DNA of 53,586 nucleotides, from positions 1-53,586 of the forward strand of contig JAHLWH010000033.1 of NCBI GenBank assembly GCA_019058015.1, in the 5' to 3' direction. Below, one piece after another: positions 50,068-53,586 of this stretch. Positions within the stretch are counted from its first letter, which is position 1, and each line of letters opens with the position of its first letter. The DNA is from Promethearchaeota archaeon (lineage in GTDB: Archaea; Asgardarchaeota; Lokiarchaeia; Sigyniarchaeales; SOKP01). A program made the translations under genes and the position numbers. Under the pieces are notes generated by a model. It made no database searches. It saw only the letters and a list, made by a program, of their open reading frames with translations, and was not told where the DNA came from.

Positions 50068-50841
50068 CTAGGTATGATATTCCTTCTTTTTCTTCTTTTT
50101 ACCTGACGAAGACCATCCACCAGAACCTCCAATAGCATCAGCACCTGCAATTGCTGCAACAATAATGAGAACAACAATTAGAATTATAACAACAAATATC
50201 AATAAAAAGCATAAGATTCTGAATGCAATAAATATCCAAAAATCATCTTTTATTTTTTTTGTCATTATTGTACCATACAACATAATGATTAAGGATATAC
50301 TAATTAAATATATCATAGAAACTATAATTACAATCCAATTAGTGATTGCCATGACAAAAATATAAAATAATAACACCAATATTATGCCTATTGCTATTAA
50401 AAAGAATTGAAGCCAAAAGTATCCAGCTGTAAGAAATTTATCCCTTAAGATAAGCCCTATTATTAATATAATTGCTGTTCCCCATACCGCCAAACTCACA
50501 AAAACATGAACATATATCGAAAAATCCGAAAGCCATATGAATATAGGAACACTAAGGACTCCGGCAGTAAAAGCGAACATAAAATAAATAATGAGTCCAG
50601 AAATATTCTTTCCTTTTCGGGATACAATGTAAAATAAAACGAATAAAATAGCATTTAGGATAACCACTATGACATATATGACTCCAATATCCAATAATGA
50701 CGCTATTTCTGTGAAAAATACGCCAAAAAAGATTTCACTAATTAACCAAATTAAAGATCCAATAAATATTGTTGGCATTACTTTATGTAAAAATACTGTA
50801 CGTTTAGAATCAGTAAGAATATATTTAGAGACCATTTTCAA
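50068..50841 (-). CDS. Seven-TM membrane protein, Bax inhibitor-1/YccA-like
   Basis: R.VFLHKV start, seven hydrophobic helices, poly-Lys tail. Confidence 0.55.
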   Translation of the reverse strand: MKMVSKYILTDSKRTVFLHKVMPTIFIGSLIWLISEIFFGVFFTEIASLLDIGVIYVIVVILNAILFVLFYIVSRKGKNISGLIIYFMFAFTAGVLSVPIFIWLSDFSIYVHVFVSLAVWGTAIILIIGLILRDKFLTAGYFWLQFFLIAIGIILVLLFYIFVMAITNWIVIIVSMIYLISISLIIMLYGTIMTKKIKDDFWIFIAFRILCFLLIFVVIILIVVLIIVAAIAGADAIGGSGGWSSSGKKKKKKEYHT

Positions 50842-51045
50842 CTATCCTAAAAATCTATTAAATTAATAATTAAATTATTATCATTCATGGATTTAATAAG
50901 TTATTGATCAAAAAATTTTAAATTTGTTTTTTTTATTATATTATCGTAATATAAATATAGGCGAAATTGTTTTATTAAAAATATATAGGTTAAAATTTTA
51001 AAATAAAATATTTTTATAAGAAAATGTCATATAAATATTATAATA

Positions 51046-51459
51046 ATGTCAAAATTATCAGATACAGGATTAATATTAACTATAATTGGAACCTTTTTAT
51101 TTGTATTACCTGTGATTCTATTCTATGAAATATCTCCGATCTTATTTTTTAATATTCTAATTAGTGGATTGATTCTTATTTTTATTGCATCAATAATTAT
51201 AATAATAACTAAAGACGAATATCACACACTTAAATTAAAGAATGGTTTCCCTCTAAAATTAGATCATTTAATTATATTTATTTGTGCGATGACAATAGCG
51301 GAAACTTCTTTCCTCTTTGTCGACATAAATAGCTACAAGTATACAGGTAAATTTACCTATTTAACAATTGTTTTTCCTCTTATTATAATTTCTTTTGCAA
51401 TCCTTGATGATTTAATTAAAAAATATTTTAACAATTTAAAAAACAAAATAACCAATTAA
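51046..51459 (+). CDS. Hypothetical membrane protein (about 4 TM)
   Basis: 137-aa ORF with four hydrophobic segments. Confidence 0.6.
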   Translation: MSKLSDTGLILTIIGTFLFVLPVILFYEISPILFFNILISGLILIFIASIIIIITKDEYHTLKLKNGFPLKLDHLIIFICAMTIAETSFLFVDINSYKYTGKFTYLTIVFPLIIISFAILDDLIKKYFNNLKNKITN

Positions 51460-51726
51460 AAAATCCTCGCATTATTAAAGCCGAAAAAAAGAATGTAATA
51501 TTGTAAATATCAAAGATGTTAAGATATGCCATCCCATTCCTCGTTCTTTACGACCAATGGGTAGTCTAGATTGATTAACTTCCCAAAGAAGTAAATATTT
51601 TCCCCTAAATTTTCACCCTAAAATTTTTTAAAAATTTTTTTAATAAAGAATCTCTAATTCGATTAAATTGATTCTTTAATTGATTGATTATAAAAAATAT
51701 ATATAATAGTTAGAATTATTAGTTAC

Positions 51727-52698
51727 TTGAATAACAAAAACGAGTCCGATGAAATGCAATATCTCAAAAGTGAAGAATTAGCAAAAAAGATTTTGTTTAC
51801 AGGTTTAGACTTCGCAGGAAAGAGCTCAATTATTCTTGCTCTACAGAAAGAATTTTCAAAGATATCTATACTCAAACCTACTCGAGGCGCAGAGAGGAGT
51901 GTATTCTCTTTTTTAGGATATGAATTTAGTACTTGGGACCTCGGAGGTCAGCAGGCTTACAGAATTAATTATTTGCGAAATCCGAGTAAATATTTTGATA
52001 AGACTGAAATTGCAATTTATGTAATTGACATTCAAGATTCAGCACGCTTTGATGATGCAATTAGATATTTAAAGGATGTTATTAAGCAATTTAAAGAACT
52101 TGAAATTAAGCCTCCACTCTTTATTTTTTTCCATAAAGTTGATCCAGCATTAATTAAAGAATCAAAGATAGATTTAAACAATTTAATATTAGATCTTACT
52201 GAAAAAATTAATAATGCTATAGAATATGAAAAAATTAATTTTTATGAGACATCTATTTATGATTTATTTTCTATCATGGCAGCTATTTCAGAAATTTTAC
52301 TTAATCTTTATCCAAAATCCAACCTTATTGATAAGACTCTTTCTGAATTTGGGAAAAAAATTGAAGCAGAAGGAATTATGATCTTAGATGATAATTCATT
52401 ACTTGTTGGGAGATATTACTCGAATGATGAAATTAGGCAGATTTTAAGTGCAAGTTCTCCATATTTCCTAACATTAAATGATAGGTTTAATGAGGCAGAC
52501 ATCGAAGGTTCTACAAAAAAAGAGGATGAGGGAATGGTTGTGCAAAGATTTGGAAAATATTTTCAATTTAAAGAAATTAAGTTCCGTTCTGATCCTGGGG
52601 GACGGTATTATCTGTTGATTGCGAAAGATACTTATGAATTTGATATAAATTTAATAAATGAATTTGTTGAAATTTTCCAAGATATTTTTACAATTTAA
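51727..52698 (+). CDS. Rag (Gtr1/RagA-family)-like small GTPase with a C-terminal roadblock-like domain
   Basis: GLDFAGKSS, PTRG, WDLGGQ, FHKVD, ETSIYD; C-terminal GIMILDDNSLLVG. Confidence 0.85.
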   Translation: MNNKNESDEMQYLKSEELAKKILFTGLDFAGKSSIILALQKEFSKISILKPTRGAERSVFSFLGYEFSTWDLGGQQAYRINYLRNPSKYFDKTEIAIYVIDIQDSARFDDAIRYLKDVIKQFKELEIKPPLFIFFHKVDPALIKESKIDLNNLILDLTEKINNAIEYEKINFYETSIYDLFSIMAAISEILLNLYPKSNLIDKTLSEFGKKIEAEGIMILDDNSLLVGRYYSNDEIRQILSASSPYFLTLNDRFNEADIEGSTKKEDEGMVVQRFGKYFQFKEIKFRSDPGGRYYLLIAKDTYEFDINLINEFVEIFQDIFTI

Positions 52699-52877
52699 AA
52701 CAATAAAAACTCGTTTCTTATAAAAATTCGAATATATCTACATTTTTATTAGATTATTGAAGAAAAAATATATAACTTCTAATTATTATATTTTAGTTAG
52801 AGAAATTTTGTTTCTCCTTCATTAAAGTGTTCCATAATAAAAGAACGACAAGGAAACTAAAGATTAGTGAGATTTGA

Positions 52878-53586
52878 TTGATTATATGCCCCAATTGTGG
52901 CTGTACAAATGATAACCAGTCCCAATACTGCCGAAAATGTGGTACCGCAATTTCGAATGTTTTTTCCCCACCAAAAGTAAAAATTCCGATCATTAATTCT
53001 GCAAATAAAGAAATTATTGGGGATAAACGAGAGATTAGAAATGATTTAAAACCCATTCAGAGGGTATCCCCAAAACAAAAAGAGCAAGATAATATATGGA
53101 CTCCAGATGTTTCGAGTAATGATAGACATGATTTTAATCTCAGAGAAATACCAAAGATTTCAGAAATTGATGAGCCTTCTATAAAAAAAGGAAGACCTAC
53201 TTCAATATTACAAGAAATACCCCCACAACCCTTTTCACTTCAAAGTATTCCATTAACTAATAGTAAAAAGCAATCTTCCCAAGTTCAAAATATTCAGCCT
53301 CCAAAAAGAGAAGAGATATCTTCGGCAATGACGAGTGCAATGCAAGCTCTTACAAAAAATCTTACGACTAAAAAGAAACCGATGAGAACTTCACAAGAAT
53401 CTCTTGAAACTCAACTGGATATAAAATATGAAGAAATCAGCTCTAATAATTTGGATGAAATATTAAGAAATATATCAAGATTAGACAAAAATATAGAAGC
53501 TTCGGCAATTATTAACCCTGATGGAGTGATATTATCTTCCGCACTTTCAGGAAGAGTAAATGACTCGTTGTTTGCCTCAATTGGAA
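52878..53586 (+). CDS. Zinc ribbon, low-complexity linker and roadblock/LC7 domain protein (runs off the window end; missing from the ORF track)
   Basis: TTG start; (M)IICPNCGCTNDNQSQYCRKCG...P/S/Q-rich linker...LDEILRNISRLDKNIEASAIINPDGVILSSALSG; no stop before 53586. Confidence 0.85.
   Translation, partial: MIICPNCGCTNDNQSQYCRKCGTAISNVFSPPKVKIPIINSANKEIIGDKREIRNDLKPIQRVSPKQKEQDNIWTPDVSSNDRHDFNLREIPKISEIDEPSIKKGRPTSILQEIPPQPFSLQSIPLTNSKKQSSQVQNIQPPKREEISSAMTSAMQALTKNLTTKKKPMRTSQESLETQLDIKYEEISSNNLDEILRNISRLDKNIEASAIINPDGVILSSALSGRVNDSLFASIG

Overview
AT-rich archaeal chromosomal segment, most likely Asgard (Lokiarchaeia-like). This is inferred from several small GTPases fused to roadblock or longin-like domains, an archaeosortase, FAU-1, UPF0147, an MtrH-like protein and an intron-containing tRNA-Pro. 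It carries housekeeping genes (purA, ppsA, acyl-CoA ligase, M42 peptidase), a GH38/PfkB/2xMFS sugar-use cluster, and a glycyl-radical enzyme locus with PNPOx-like and SCP2 partners. The best candidate for an undescribed system is 22203-32513. There, a 1620-aa membrane-anchored subtilase resembles eukaryotic Site-1 protease (MBTPS1/SKI-1) in both its S8 domain and its GldG/IFT52-like domain, but has lost the catalytic His and Ser. It is translationally coupled to a four-gene ABC exporter with two different ATPases and two different permeases. Other notable items: a longin-Rag GTPase-roadblock fusion with a candidate folliculin-like arginine finger; a RagC/D-like GTPase next to a zinc-ribbon/roadblock protein; an unannotated 36-40 aa signal-peptide micro-gene with its own promoter and terminator; two genes lacking a canonical start codon; and several pseudogene relics. 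I saw no CRISPR array, rRNA or intact mobile element. All homology calls are from motif recognition by eye and from memory, not from database searches.
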